NCBI GenBank assembly: GCA_002633005.1
Contig: NMRA01000678.1
Location: 146,142-210,141 of the forward strand
Length of the DNA stretch: 64,000 nt
Reading direction: 5' to 3'
Origin: Phoronis australis
Taxonomy: Eukaryota > Animalia > Phoronida
Of this stretch, positions 50,601 through 62,500 are shown in pieces. How positions within the stretch are numbered: position 1 is the first letter of the stretch; every line of letters begins with the position of its first letter. A program made the translations under genes and the position numbers. A model generated the notes under the pieces. It saw only the letters and a program-made list of their open reading frames with translations, made no database searches and was not told the DNA's origin.

Positions 50601-53600
50601 ACATTTTGTTCTTGACATGAGAACTCCCTGATTTTGGAGTTCCCAATTTAAGCATCTTAACCTGTCCAGCAACCTGGATGACTACGGAGTGAATTTTTAA
50701 AAACTGAAGGGTTGTTAAACTTCAAAGCAAGAGAAACAAATCAGGCAGAGGAAAATTACAGGAAATTTCATTCTAGTAAAACCGGACTTGATTGACAAAG
50801 TTTGTTAGTGCGAATAAAACTAAGTCCTTACTAGTGAAAGATGGAGTCGTATAAAACCTGCACCATTCGACTGTGAGCAAATCCTATACCTCGCTGAGCT
50901 GCAAAGATTGCTCAACCAGACCCTATCAGTATTTTTTTTCCATTGTGTCAATTTCATAATCGATGGATGCATTTATCAATTCTATGAATTCACCATTACG
51001 CTTGAAAATGAGGCATTGTGTCCAAACAATAAATGGTTCTACGTGACGGCCGGATCATGCGTGCTTTTACGTTTGCGTTGTAAAAAGATTGATGTTAATA
51101 CGAGGAATTTTGTCCTAAACAACAATCCCCAATAGTTTTTTGCAGTGCCTGGCAGCCGATTCCATAGAGCAGCGCATTTCTCAATTTGGAAAGGTTCATC
51201 AAATAGTGCTTCTGTGCTGACGGGGGACACTTAAAGTTCTTGAACTAGTCCCATAGTTTAATTGTAACATGCCGTCCTCACAATTTGGCTATGTGTCCAG
51301 ACATTATTTCATTGGATCGACTAAATGTAACAACGTTAAAGAAAACTGCTGGAGTGCCACCGAAAATCCTAACATTAAAAACATTCAACTTCAGCATGAG
51401 ATCACAACATGAAATTGACAGTCCACAAAATTCGGAGTTCCTGCATCTTCTGAAAGAAAGCAACAGCCAAGGTTTGGGGGATGTTTTTAGAGAATTGTAT
51501 CAACAATATAGCCTGCATTTTAATTGCAAAACGGAGCACCCCCAGCAAACTATGTTGTGTCTTTCAATTGTGATAAATGCACCGCCATATCTCAACTACA
51601 CTGACATTTTTTTTACATATTTGGTTAATGTGATACATCATATTCACCAGAGTGCATGCAAACTGTTCTCATGTGAGCATAAATGACATGTATGTTTAAC
51701 AACTGGATTGTTAATCTTCCTCTGACTGAACCCCTTGTGAGTACTTCATTTGCAGGAGATGCAAACCAAAACTGTTAATGCCAGGCAAGCAATGAACACA
51801 GTTTAAGCTGCTAACAGGGCTATCAAGAAAGTAATCAACACTTCAGTATCTGGAGAATGATGTTGTCATGGTAACATGCAAAGTCTGCAAGTCACTGGTA
51901 GCATGTTGTGGGTTGAATCAAAGTTTCACCAGATGTTCGACTTCATCAACAAGTATGGCCAAGAACTAGGCTAAGCAATAACCCTTACAATGCCAGCAGA
52001 AGTTTGAATCCAATATACTAGCATGCAATCTAATATCTTAAAATTTCTGTAGTCTATTGGGCATACCGGAAACTTCACGAGGACGACGACATTCATTCTC
52101 AGATTCGCCTTATTTGATGCCTGAAAAATTCCTACAGTAATGCTCACATGGGTGTAAGTCAGCACCGTTAACAGTCAGCCTCCAATCTTATGGCGGGACA
52201 ATTGGCAACATTTGTGGTACAAGGATCCACATTTGTGGTTCAAGGATCCAAAGTCAAAATAGAAATTCTGAGTAAACCAAGGGGCAAAAACATACAAAAC
52301 ATTCAAATCACCAATATTTCAACTCACCCTGTGGCAAGTTTATGAATGTTTTTAGAGCTAACAAACAAAACTTCTAAAGCGACACTTGTTCAATTATTCA
52401 AGATGAGCAAACCAATTGATCTTTACAAAAAATCTGTGGGAGAAGTACATGAGATGAAACCATGAATTTTTTATTGGGTCTCCAATGATAATTTGCAAAT
52501 GCTACCTTTAAATCAGAACTTTTGGCTCATTCAAGTGTGGTTTGGACTACTGTAGAGAAATAAGCTCCCAAGAGCATTTTAAAAGGCGGGATGACATTTA
52601 ACTCAACCTGCCAATTCAGGTTGCAAACAGCTAGAGGAGCTACATCAACATTATTCCATGAGAAGTTGGACATCAATCACTATATTGGGATGTGGGTTTA
52701 TACCCAAGAATGGCACATAAAGGAAGTAAATTTAAAGGTAATGAATGTTAACTAGAACATAAGAGTTGAAATACTACGGTACACTTTCTTCAGTTTGGGA
52801 CATTTTTTAATATTTGGGACATTTTTTAATATTTGGGAGTGGAAATTCAAGAACAAATTGAAATTTCTTGATTCTGAATTGTGATTTAATTGGTGTTAGC
52901 CATGTTTTTCATGAAATATCTGACACTGCACTTTGTATCAATTGTGGCCGTTCATACAATCGTTAAACATGTTAATTTCAAAAGCCGTCACTGCGCTTTA
53001 TATCAATTGTGGCCGTTCATACAATCGTTAAACATGTTAATTTCAAAAGCCATCACTGCACTTTGTATCAATTGTGGCCGTTCATACAATCGTTAACCAT
53101 GTTAATTTCAAAAGCTGTCACTGCGCTTTATATCAATTGTGGCCGTTCATACAATTGTCACGTATAGTTGACAACGTAACAATTTCATACGTCCCCATCA
53201 CGTCAAGGAGTACTGTATAATTTGTCATTGATCGTAATTCTTGGGCAATAGTCATATTAAAACAGTGCCCACATTTTGAGAACCAGTTCATGATCCAGTG
53301 GAGAAAACTGGTTCTTAAAATGCGGGCGCTATATCTGACTTCTGGTAATTTTTGAAATTTTCGACTTCTACAATTTTGCACGTCAAGCTTCAACATTGAG
53401 CATTTTAATTTTCACTGTAAACATTACGCAGCAGTTTGTTAAGGTTCAAGCAATCATTCAAGGGTGCTACCAGTATTTCAAAGTTAAGCGTTTGCTTTGT
53501 AATAAGTTCCTTCTACTGAAACTTCTTTCCAAAAGGATATAACGAAAATCCTACAAATTTGAACAAAAACTCACTGATACTCATTATCCGTTCTCAATTA

Positions 53601-56600
53601 AAAAGCTCACTGCATTGCTGAACACGCTCCCAATTATCCAATTCACAAATCAGATGATGACAGCAGAATATATGTATTTAATGCAAGTACAGCTAAGTAC
53701 TTCTCTTCTTCCATATGTTGACATAAGTACTTAACATTTAAAAACTCAGGTTGCGAAAGCAGTATTGAATGCTCAACATTGGCTGAATCATGACAACTAA
53801 TAATTATAAAAAGACAAAATGAAATTTAAAAAATTAATTTAAGCTTCGCAATAATTCTTTACCTATTTAACACAGAGTACGGCAGAAAATTTCAACTTCT
53901 CAACAAAAATAATCCCAGATGTGTTATTAGGAGTGCAGTAGCTAATGGTTTGTACAGCACAGTACATGTCATAAACAACATCGTTTATTGGCAGCAAAGT
54001 AACAATTTTGAAAAATAACTATCAGTATATTAGTGATTATTTTGGGACAGACTAAGTGCAGAAATCAGTAGTAAATCCTCCAGTTTTCTACAACCTAAGG
54101 ACTCAAAATCTAGTCTCTATTTGACAACATTATCTCTCAGCTGTCTGTTACCATGTCTAAAAATTTAGCTTACACACCTTTACGACATCGAAAAAACTGT
54201 TCAAAACGAAAAATTGTTTCAAATCATGCATCAGAAAGTTTCATATATTCAGGAATTACCTTGTTCTCAAAACCAGAACTACCTTTTTAAAAAATCAAAA
54301 CAATATCCACATATTTAGTTTAGGATAGATTGCTGGAAGAACTTTACAGCCTGCGAACCCTAGACCCAGAAACCACCCAAAATGGACTCAAAACCTTACT
54401 GACTCGAATAACGTTTTCACTACTTGTGTCCAGGGTACCATTCTCACTTACTTGCCCAGGTTTGTTGGGTCCAGTCTGCCGTAAACGAGTCAGCTGAGGA
54501 GGTTTTCTACAGATACCGATTACAACCCAAATAATTCTGAAAACACAAACAAGGTTGCTCTACCCATTAAACACAGGAACTTAAAATGAAAGTAACCGGT
54601 AAGGTACGGGGNTTGCTTTCTGAAAATCAAAGACACCACCTCAAAAATTATTCTTGGCTAAGAACATTCTCACTAGTGAAGGCCATTTTCTCAAAATAGT
54701 AGGTACATCCCCTTACTTTATTTGAAATAGGTTTTTTTGTAACTGATCACTCCATTCCCAAGCAAACTCCAACAAATTTGCCCGAGTGCTCCAAAATTGT
54801 TTTATTTTCATAAGTATACAGAATTTGTTAAATGCACGACACTCTTCATTGTTCACAGTCTTTATTCCGTTCCGTTCATACTTTCGGAACAAAACTCTCG
54901 ACTGAACATAGATACAGTAGTAAGTATAGGAAACTTCACATTTAGCGTGACCAATCTGGATGGAGAGATATCAAACACAAGGTATTTCCAAAGAATACTT
55001 TTTGTGTTCTGCATATAGCTAGCTGCATGGACCTAATATCCCGTTCACAACCAGGCTGAAATGCTCGCATTCGGAGCGAGCAGTCGCGGCAGTATTGGCT
55101 TATTCGCTACATTAGCAAAACAAGGTTTGAAGAGAAAATAGCAAGCCCCCTCTGAACACTTCATCCCTAGTTGGGGTAGTCAGAAATCCTCTTGTTTATA
55201 CAAGAGCACCAACTGTCTGCTGGAAGCTAATCAGCAGTTCTGCATATTAGCATCAACTGAAAGCTTTCAATCGCATATGAGCAGCTAATCAGCAATTCTT
55301 CTGCACTTTTAGAACACTAGGGATGCTTACACGGAAAGACGGGCTGGATAACCATGAGACCGCTAGGGGTACGACTTGCATTCCCATAAGGTAGTGCTCG
55401 TCAGACTGATGTTGTGGGCCGCTCTGTGATTGTATCAGTACTATTTTTGTTAACCTGAAGTAGAAGAAAGTGTGCTATTTTCTGCGATTGTAAGGTTGCT
55501 AATCTAGCAATTTATCCAGTCCTGCCGGCTGATGGAGTGAGCGAGCAAGCGACTTTTGCTAGAAGCAAAAACGCCAGTCATATGTCAATTTGCTAGACGG
55601 TTTTGCTGGTGGTTTCCGAGTCACCACAAAACTGCTGCCATTTTCAGTAGCACTTTAGTAGCCAGAGCACACACATACCGCATTAATCAATTTGTGCCAG
55701 AGAGTGAAGTGGGTTGACATCCATTTTTACTGACTCCTGTGGTGAAGAAACAAACTATGGTAGTTACTGGCGAAAATGACCGAAAATGACCAACTAAATG
55801 CTAGCCGCAAGTGTGCTGCTACATTATGAACAATCACGTGAACCTAATGTATTCTTCAGATGTCATTCTTCTTAATTGTATGTAAAATTGAATACACAAC
55901 AAAATTCATTATACTTAAACCAAACATCAGCCAGAGACTATTTTGAAACTTTATTGTTTGACTTTAAATGACTCCGTTGTAGGTGCATGCACTGAATTCC
56001 AGTAAAAGGCACAGCTTCGTCCACACACATGAGCCTAAATATGTGCTTAATGAGTACAGTAAGATAAAATCTCACTAATTTGGGACACACTGGCCGTCTC
56101 GGGCCATGTTCAAGTTTTGTACATGATATTTAATATCACACAAAATTCTGAAAACTTATGGGCACTCACGATGTAAGAAGACCTTGAAAAATGAGAAAAG
56201 GGCAATTTTGATTTGTTTTTGTCCAAATTTCACAAAAGACAGAAACCTGCATCACTTCACATGTGACTTGAAGTCCAGACACAGTATCACCACAGTGGTA
56301 CAAAAACAACCTGATCAGTTTTGGGCTAGGAGAAAATGCTGAGATGAATCATCATTGGCTCTGATGGCATGAGGTTTACTAACCATGGAAACTAAGATAT
56401 CCAGCTGTGAATAGAACTAAACATTCCACCACTACAGCACTGCAGTGTTGTCAATAGAGGAAATATTGCAACTGGTGTTTTATAGCCCACACAAGCCAAC
56501 TAGTGATAATTGATGGGGTCAGATTACACTTTCCCATAGATTGTTTCTTTTATGTTTGAAAATCAGGTTCTTTTATGTCAAGATATACGATGAGACTCAG

Positions 56601-59394
56601 TGTTCAGCACAAGCCAGTAATTGTACAAGCTGAAAAAAGTTTACATTTTACTTGCTCTATTCTTGTACCAGCCACCGTAAGTAAAATTTACGGTATACTC
56701 AACTCCACAACTTCACAAGGTTCATAAGGTACCTTCTCTTTTATCAGAAGATTTGCACCACCAGGGCCCATCAGCCCACTGGTTGATCAGTGCTCACCCT
56801 AGCCAAAGGTGCTTCTTTCCCTTTACAAAAGCAAAACTTGGGACTCGAACACAAAATATTCAGGAGGGAAGGCTAGTTTAATCAAATGCACTGCTCGAAA
56901 TTCATGGCAGTACTGCGCAAAAGTCTTGTTATCTCACTTCAGGAGTACTCAACTACATTTTTGATGTGGGTGGGACCCAATGAACAGTCAAACTTTTGTA
57001 CGTCACTTTGTTCCAGATACGTTATGAGTTTAACTTCTCAGGATTCTAGAACTCTCTAATAACTGTTGACGAAACATCCCACTTTTACGAAATTGTTTCA
57101 TGTCAGAATTAAATAAAATTTTGATTACCAAACTTCTTACATACTGAACACTTCATTTTGCACGTGGTTTTAGAAGAAATCCCGCCATCTTATCTTACTG
57201 TGTCACCGACAACCTAATCTACTCTGTGTTGCAAATGAACGAAAAAGGTAACCAAGACCCAAAAATCAAATGCCAGCCCAGCCGACATTTAGATGGGAGT
57301 TACCATGGCCCTATAATGCATTGCCAGCACGGAGGTAGGATAGGTCAACAGGAACATGCACGGATCATAGCTAGTGCACATGAACCAAACTCCACTTTCA
57401 CTTCTCCTAGGAAGTAGGATTCCCCTAACTTTCGAGTTCCTTAATCTACTAGAGTCTTGGTGACCCAATATATATTGTTTCTGAAAGCAATCAGATAACT
57501 CCATTTCAATTTACTGTTGAAACAGCACTGGGTTGTCAGCAAATGAAGAAGTTAACAGTCTATTATGGTTGCAGTTCTGGAAAGTTACCTACACCATAGC
57601 TCAGCTTGAGGCTACCATCTGGATTAAATTACAGTAGGATAATATATTAACATAAGCTCTTAATGGAAAAGGCAAATGTCATGTCATATAGCCAACACAA
57701 AGGGGCAGTTCTACAATCAGTGTGCAATTTAAGTTATACCAATTTCAGTGGTGGAACTAGGACATCATGAGGGGGGCAACATTATGCGATGTCTGCATCC
57801 GCCCTCACCCTTTCCCACACACACAACACACACGCCGAAAAGTTACCCATGATTGGTCGCAACATAATAAATGACAAAATATTTTTGTGTTATTTGTACT
57901 ATTTATTTTTGTTGTGAATGGCCATGCGGAGGAGGCTTGTGACCCCTGCCCTTCAAATCCACCACAGATTTAACCATGTTGTGGTATTTCAAGAGGAGGA
58001 AACATGACAGAGTTCACACAGGATTAGTTAAAGCACTCACTGAAAAACCTAAGATTCATAATTCATAAAACACTTGGTCCTTTTCACAGTGCCTAAGTAG
58101 TAACTGCCTCTAGTCACAAAACTACTATAACTATAGTCCTGCTGTCCTCAAGAGACACCATGTGTTATCAAGAAATTTGATATATCATAAGCTAGATCCT
58201 GTTGAGTGTAGTGAACCAATTACTATAGGCTTCACAGCAATAAGACAGTGGCTAAGATATATCAATATCATCCCGGCTAAAACAGGTAATTTTTTAACCC
58301 TATATGGCTTCTGATATTGAATTCCTTGTAAAAGGTAAAGTGAAGAAATACAACAAAAATTAACTAAAGCAGAAGCATTAGGTTTTAAACTCTGATACCC
58401 CTTGATGAATGGTTTTATTGAACTGTGGTACATAGTTGGACTGAGAGTCATGATGCAGGGCAACAGAATGCTTGCCAGTGACTGGAACTAGATTGACATC
58501 TGGAGTCCAGACCCTGGACTACTAGCAGTTGTCCCCTGGAGCTAAAACCAAATGGAAGGACACTTGAAAAAAAGTCCAAATTTGATTCTTGCTTGACATG
58601 TTAATTAATCTTTTCCTCAAATGTAAGTACAATACCACACGTTCCAATTTTAACAACAACATTGTTAAGAGTGAAAAATACAAGAGCTGTTCAATTTGTT
58701 CGATATCTCAGATTCTGTAAGAGACCTAATGTTGTAAATTGGGACTAAAAGAATCAAATCAAGATGGATTTCGGCATATCGATATCGAAGTTCATCACTG
58801 TCGCACCGTGATTTACAGATTACAATTCAATTACCCTTACTAACCTTAACAAGCTAAAGTTTCGCAAGAACACGTGAGCAATACAAACTTCTTCAAAAGA
58901 TTTTTAAATAGCCCACCTAAACAGGACACAAACACTAACATTTGTATTGAACAACTGACTTGTGACTGGTGCCCAAAAGTGAGTAGGCCTACTCCGAGAT
59001 GATCTACTACTACCTCCTGTTCACTATTGTACTAGCTACAGCATCGTAAGTTCATACATCTATACATTAAAACATCACCACACTAGGAATAAGGATTTAC
59101 TGGATTCAGCATGACAGCATGTGTACACACCAGGACCAACATAAACACGGTTATTGGCTTGGTCCTACACAGAGCTAACCCTGTTAACAAAACAGTGTTA
59201 ATTAACACTCGTCAAGAGAGACGGAAAACAATAGGCCTACTTACCGCAAAAAACACAGCGTATATCAGTAAAGCCCATTTGCTACAAGTAAATGTGTCGC
59301 ATCCACATATCGTTTTTTTATACTTCTTTTCGGGTTTCCGTTGAATTGTCGGCTCAGGCGTTGAGTTGTTAGCAAGCGCCTGTCTCTCGTCCAT
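35603..59394 (-). CDS. TSPAN15: Tetraspanin, TspanC8 subfamily (TSPAN15-like), 7 coding exons, 286 aa
   Basis: Exons 59394-59245, 49341-49156, 42628-42554, 41054-40959, 39352-39197, 37461-37339, 35677-35603; all GT-AG and all phase 0. Four TM segments. EC2 has CCG, DWNENPYYEC, CSVPQSCC, DCG and EGC, giving 8 Cys. GVWAE..R and GFAIPQIIG..VED resemble TSPAN15. Orthology is inferred by eye. Confidence 0.92.
36790..36888 (-). mobile_element. Degenerate tRNA-derived SINE 5' region
   Basis: Minus strand reads gtgTGGCCTAGTG (A-box-like), GGGCTGAAATCCC (B-box-like), then cccttgagtcaggtctt, which resembles the cccttgagcaaggcac core of many animal SINEs. Confidence 0.5.
37339..37461 (-). CDS. Tetraspanin exon 6 (EGC motif, TM4 start)
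   Basis: catttccag| SLTKEQGEKMFEEGCSEKFRLWVEDNLDVLGGCVLGFAIPQ |GTGAGC. Confidence 0.9.
38820..39091. repeat. Two neighbouring copies of a hairpin-forming repeat of about 97 bp
   Basis: 37-bp inverted arms at 38820-38856 and 38880-38916 (2 mismatches); a diverged second unit at about 38995-39091; a third copy at about 53258-53340. Confidence 0.75.
39197..39352 (-). CDS. Tetraspanin exon 5 (CCG and PxSCC motifs)
   Basis: tttttcag| LECCGFHSYLDWNENPYYEC...VPQSCC...KQT |GTACAC. Confidence 0.93.
40959..41054 (-). CDS. Tetraspanin exon 4 (EC2 helices)
   Basis: tttcactcag| GAALITSNLQSTIKGYNDKDEITKAMDALQGN |GTGAGA. Confidence 0.88.
41637..41864. mobile_element. PIF/Harbinger-like MITE
   Basis: Imperfect TIRs gggctcattccaagaaactgactaag / ctaagtcagttttcttgaaatggtcgc; flanked by CTG on both sides; internal CTAAGA subrepeats. 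Confidence 0.55.
42554..42628 (-). CDS. Tetraspanin exon 3 (TM3)
   Basis: ttgttacag| FFGGIILVFVLQIVVGILAFVYREE |GTAAGT. Confidence 0.93.
46600..46850 (-). mobile_element. Diverged HINE-family core units
   Basis: aactaaattgccactaggtggcac..gtagtc and gccaaatgtcatgaaaatcc are reverse-complement matches to the core unit in 7803-8121. Confidence 0.55.
47341..47555 (-). mobile_element. Diverged HINE-family copy (5' end)
   Basis: Reverse complement reads tttttATGCACCCAC...GTGGGTGCAT, then gggcgtcc, ctgctgcatctcc and cggactacctctgtgccccctagtgacaatttta, colinear with 7803-8020. Confidence 0.75.
49156..49341 (-). CDS. Tetraspanin exon 2 (TM1-TM2)
   Basis: ttctgcag| LIGAILLAVGVWAE...FLGIMGCCLHHHILLKI |GTAAGT. 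Confidence 0.95.
52794..52838. repeat. 19-bp tandem repeat, about 2.4 copies
   Basis: tttgggacattttttaata repeated. Confidence 0.85.
52924..53155. repeat. 65-bp minisatellite, about 3.6 copies
   Basis: Units start at 52924, 52989, 53054 and 53119 (cactgc.cttt.tatcaattgtggccgttcatacaat...). Confidence 0.95.
55087..55527. mobile_element. Old fold-back/MITE-like element
   Basis: cggcagtattggcttattcgctacattagcaa (55087-55118) imperfectly matches the reverse complement of 55496-55527; internal direct repeat gctaatcagca.ttct. Confidence 0.45.
59245..59394 (-). CDS. Tetraspanin exon 1 (MDERQ...YAVFFA)
   Basis: ATG at 59394, donor GCG|GTAAGT; KWALLIYAVFF begins TM1. Confidence 0.85.
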
Positions 59395-59526
59395 GTTTTG
59401 TCTTGTGTCGTGAAGCTGTGAGAAGACTACAATGTGGTAGTTCGGTCTTCACCGAGTGTTTACGGATATTGATTACAGGTCACGTGGCTGTCATGTGAGA
59501 AAACTAGTTTAAGAGAAGACGGGAAG
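59395..59526. promoter_or_regulatory. Compact bidirectional promoter region between the tetraspanin and saposin-like genes
   Basis: 132 bp between divergent ATGs. GTCACGTGGC at 59479-59488 (CLEAR/E-box-like), TCATGTGA at 59491-59498 (M-box-like), and an ACTACaatgtgGTAGT dyad at 59426-59441. Confidence 0.65.
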
Positions 59527-62500
59527 ATGCATTGCCATATTCAAAACGCGTTATTGGTTTTCTTTGTGCTAATTTATGCGTGTGTGAACAGCTATGGTAA
59601 GTAATCTACAGGATTATGTTAGAACAGGAACTTTTGCCTTTTATTTCAACTGCATGTTGTTGAATCATGTGCGTTCGTTGTTGTAATTTAGATGCACACC
59701 GCGCGCCTTTTATGCCGGTCAGTTTGACTGATTTCCAAGAAAATTTAGTATGTATTGTAGGCCTATGTTGTAAGATCAAGAGGATTGTGGTCACTGGTGT
59801 GTTTAAAAGTCGCCTGGTGACCTGTACACATAACACATTATTGACATATCACATTGATGCTTAACATTGTAACCAGTACTGGTTCCTAGATTGTAACAAC
59901 CAACTTTTAAGTGTAGTTTTGAAATCTTTGCTAGGCAATGCCAATTAACTGTCCTCCTTTGACCTATTCCCTAGATCTTGCGACTCTGAGATTTCATGCG
60001 ATAGTTTGCACTGTGAATTTCCATTAGTCTGCTTGACTGAGTTTTGATGGAGTGTTGGAGTTATCAAATCAAGCCTAATTGCTCTTCATTTTCTCTTTGT
60101 CATGCTGTGATGCACTGTCACTGCCTCGTCACTGGTCGAATATATGGTCTCTGATTTTGCGAACCAGGCAATCACTGAATAACATGCCCTTTATTCAGTG
60201 GACGAAACTGATTCTCAAAATCAGGGACTCATCAGATATCTCTGACTAGCTCCAGTTACCTCCGTGGAGCTCAGCTTCACGGTTGAATCCTAGATGACCA
60301 GTTAGTTTGTTATATGTGCTCAGTGAAGGTCATAAGACCTGCATGCAAAATAATAACATGAGGTACTTCTTTCTTCCCCGCTGAACTGGACAATAGCACC
60401 ATCTCAACTGGCACCAACAGTGGCCATCCCATATGGCCTGCATACACTTGAAGCTTTTTCGGCAAATTATGCCTCACAAAGTCTATAAATACCGTTTGCA
60501 CATAGAGGGACGCCTTAGGAGGCCTTTGCACTTCCAGCTCGACCAAATACTCCCACAATCAAGCAGTTCTTCGTTCAGTTCCCCAAGTCGGCCATTTTTA
60601 CATTGCTGGTGCCAGGGAGCATGACATCATGCGATTAATTCCACGAACGGTCCTGTCCCTAAAAAATTCATGAATACTAGAAAGTTATGTTAACAGTGAA
60701 ATTAACACTACAGAATCAGTGCAGTTCAAGACACGAGCCAGCAACACATTGGGCCCTCAAGTGCATTTCCCAACGAGTTAAGCTTATGTTAGACACTTAC
60801 CATAGGGTATGGACTTTTTATGAGGAGTTTACTCTGTTTGAGGATTTGGGAACAGAGATGGGTGTCAGTGATAACTGTTACCTGTTCCTTGCAACATTCT
60901 TTCCCAGGGCGTCTGATCTTGAAAATAAAATGGGGAACCCATCGTTCTCTACTTTCAGGCTTTAGCACCAAATACACGTTTAAACAATCGGCTGGAATAA
61001 GTCGCATGAAAAAACGCTAAGAATCGGGTAGAATAATTCTCATAAAAAAACACTTGCATCATGCCACTTGTTCATTGCAGAAATTGCGTCCTTTCAGCAC
61101 TTCAGATTACAATATTGAGTGTTCAGCTCATGTTGATATTTGAGTCTTTCTTAACATTTTAATCAAGTGTGAAACGATCTTAAAAGCTGGATTAATACAG
61201 CCTTGAAGATGGAAAAGTGGCATTGGCTTTTCTTTGCGTAATCTAGAGAGAGAGAGAGGGACGGAGGGACGGAGAGAAACTTTTATTTTTTTAAATTATA
61301 TAAAACATACATTGGTATATGACTGGGTGGCCAGCAAAGGCACGGACGGCTAATAGCTGACCACCGAGTGACAATAAATTAAATAGATATTTACAATTAA
61401 GAAGAACAATATAAATAAAAACAGAAATAAGTACATCTACAATGAAATAAGAGTATATTTAGGCATGCTGTGAAATCTGTTTTTGTTTGTTGTGTCAATA
61501 TATATTCCAACCAATATAAAGCGTTATCAGGAGCAAATTATGTGCCTTCAGTTGTTAAAATTTATTCTTCCATGAACATTATTTCAGGGGCTCCACTCAA
61601 CCATGAACCGCGACATGAGAAAGTTGGGAAGGATGTAAGTAACATTCCTTTTTGATTTAGTAAACCTTGTTTCTTTGAAATTATTAATTTCTCAAATGAA
61701 TAACAAATACATCTTGAAAACATAAATTTATTCTTGATACAAAACATTACGTATGTACCATCGAACTTACGAAACCATGGTTGTTGCTGGTAAGTAATAA
61801 GGGCTTCCTAAAAGCAGTTAATTATAGTGTGTATACCTAGGGATCTTCTGGTTTCTAGAGCATTTATACATAAAGTATTGGAAGTAGTAGCCTCAAAGTT
61901 GTGCATAGGGCTTTTGCGTCCTCAGCCATCTATCCTCCGAACTGCTTGAAAAATCACGAAGGGTGAGGAGAGCTTTTCTGACTTATTGATTGATATGTGC
62001 CCCCTAGAGGCTGTTACTATCATTTCTCTGTTTGGTGGGAATGTTTTGTTGTTGTGTCTGCACTGTATGCGATGTACACAGGGGCATGTCAACAATCCCT
62101 CCGCAGTACGCTTGCTAATGTTACCATCAGTAAAATTCGCATCCCTGGTTATTTTACAGAGACATTTTTCTGTGTTTATTGAAGTATGCCTAGAAAATGA
62201 CATCAATAGTGGGACAAAGAGCTCACATCTAGATTCTGCACTCAGTTCTGTTAAAGAAAAAACGAATGACCCGCACAAAATTTGTTTAATGCATAGTAGG
62301 GGACATTGTTTCCTGAATGGAGAATTAAGACGAAGGCCCAGTGTCGGGCCATTCACATCATTTTCTATCGTACTTTGCATAGCTAATACACGCACAGGGA
62401 TGTTTCATTTGTGTCTATTACCTGTTCGTAATTAAATCTTCTCAATTGCAGGGACTAGTGTGCTATGGTTGTAAGACCCTTATTGGTGTGATGAAGGACC

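Noticed and set aside
52924-53155. CRISPR-like periodicity
   Set aside because: The whole unit repeats with no unique spacers, there are no cas genes, and the context is eukaryotic.
61243-62400. One continuous LINE spanning the 3' tail and the RT-like fragment
   Set aside because: A phase-compatible host exon (61588-61634) lies between them, so they are kept as separate low-confidence relics.
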